Positions 37,632-37,752 of a stretch of 37,752 bases of DNA are shown here, piece after piece. A program made the translations under genes and the position numbers. Position 1 is the first letter of the stretch. Each line of letters starts with the position of its first letter. Under the pieces are notes generated by a model that saw only the letters and a list, made by a program, of their open reading frames with translations, was not told the DNA's origin and searched no databases. This DNA is from Deltaproteobacteria bacterium TL4 (lineage in GTDB: Bacteria > SAR324 > NAC60-12), in the NCBI GenBank assembly GCA_051382335.1, contig JBBCAX010000133.1:1-37752 (forward strand). Reading direction: 5' to 3'.

Positions 37632-37752
37632 ATTGAGTAGGAGGAGCCAAAGGCTCCGTCCTCTCACAGAACCGTGCGTACGGGTCTCGTACACGGCTCT
37701 TCATGCCAAACGTATCCATGCGTTTAAGGGTTTCCAGTGATCTAATTGCTGA
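37632..37752 (-). mobile_element. 3' end of a group II intron (domains V and VI), running off the window edge
   Basis: DV GAGCCGTG-TACG-AGACC-CGTA-CG-CACGGTTC with AGC triad and 2-nt bulge; DVI GAGAGGACGGAGCC-TTT-GGCTCCTCCT-A-CTC with bulged A 7 nt before the terminal AAT. Confidence 0.9.

Noticed and set aside
37069..37719. RT as the group II intron's own maturase or a retron RT
   Set aside because: It lies downstream of DVI, outside the intron, has the DGR-type PIGNLTSQ motif rather than PQG..SP/YADD, and is adjacent to a TR.

Overview
Bacterial chromosomal window with three parts. (1) 1-16 kb is housekeeping and signalling: DsbA-like protein, uvrC, response regulator, hybrid kinase, M18 aminopeptidase, DMT transporter, ribH, HD-GYP protein, pcm, galU, RluA and a phosphomutase. 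(2) 16.0-18.4 kb is a small decayed accessory patch: Mu-like prophage gene remnants, a UPF0175/DUF3368 toxin-antitoxin pair, a truncated higA and REP-like palindromes. (3) 18.4 kb to the end is on the minus strand. It holds a NuoE/F/G-like (HydABC/Bfu-type) module translationally coupled to nfnAB, and an NfeD-like + three SPFH (HflK/C-like) + P1B ATPase + O-antigen-ligase-like cluster. It also holds a phosphotransferase, a GTAG-type REP array and an Rpn-like gene. The right edge is the most striking part: a diversity-generating retroelement (DGR). It consists of the C-terminal half of a DGR reverse transcriptase, an AAY-rich template repeat for a CLec/FGE-sulfatase-type target, and structured spacer RNA. 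The RT is directly preceded, in the same orientation, by domains V-VI of a group II intron, so the DGR RT appears to be interrupted by a second retroelement. The DGR target gene, avd and the RT 5' half are not in the window. All calls come from motif recognition by eye; no database searches were run.
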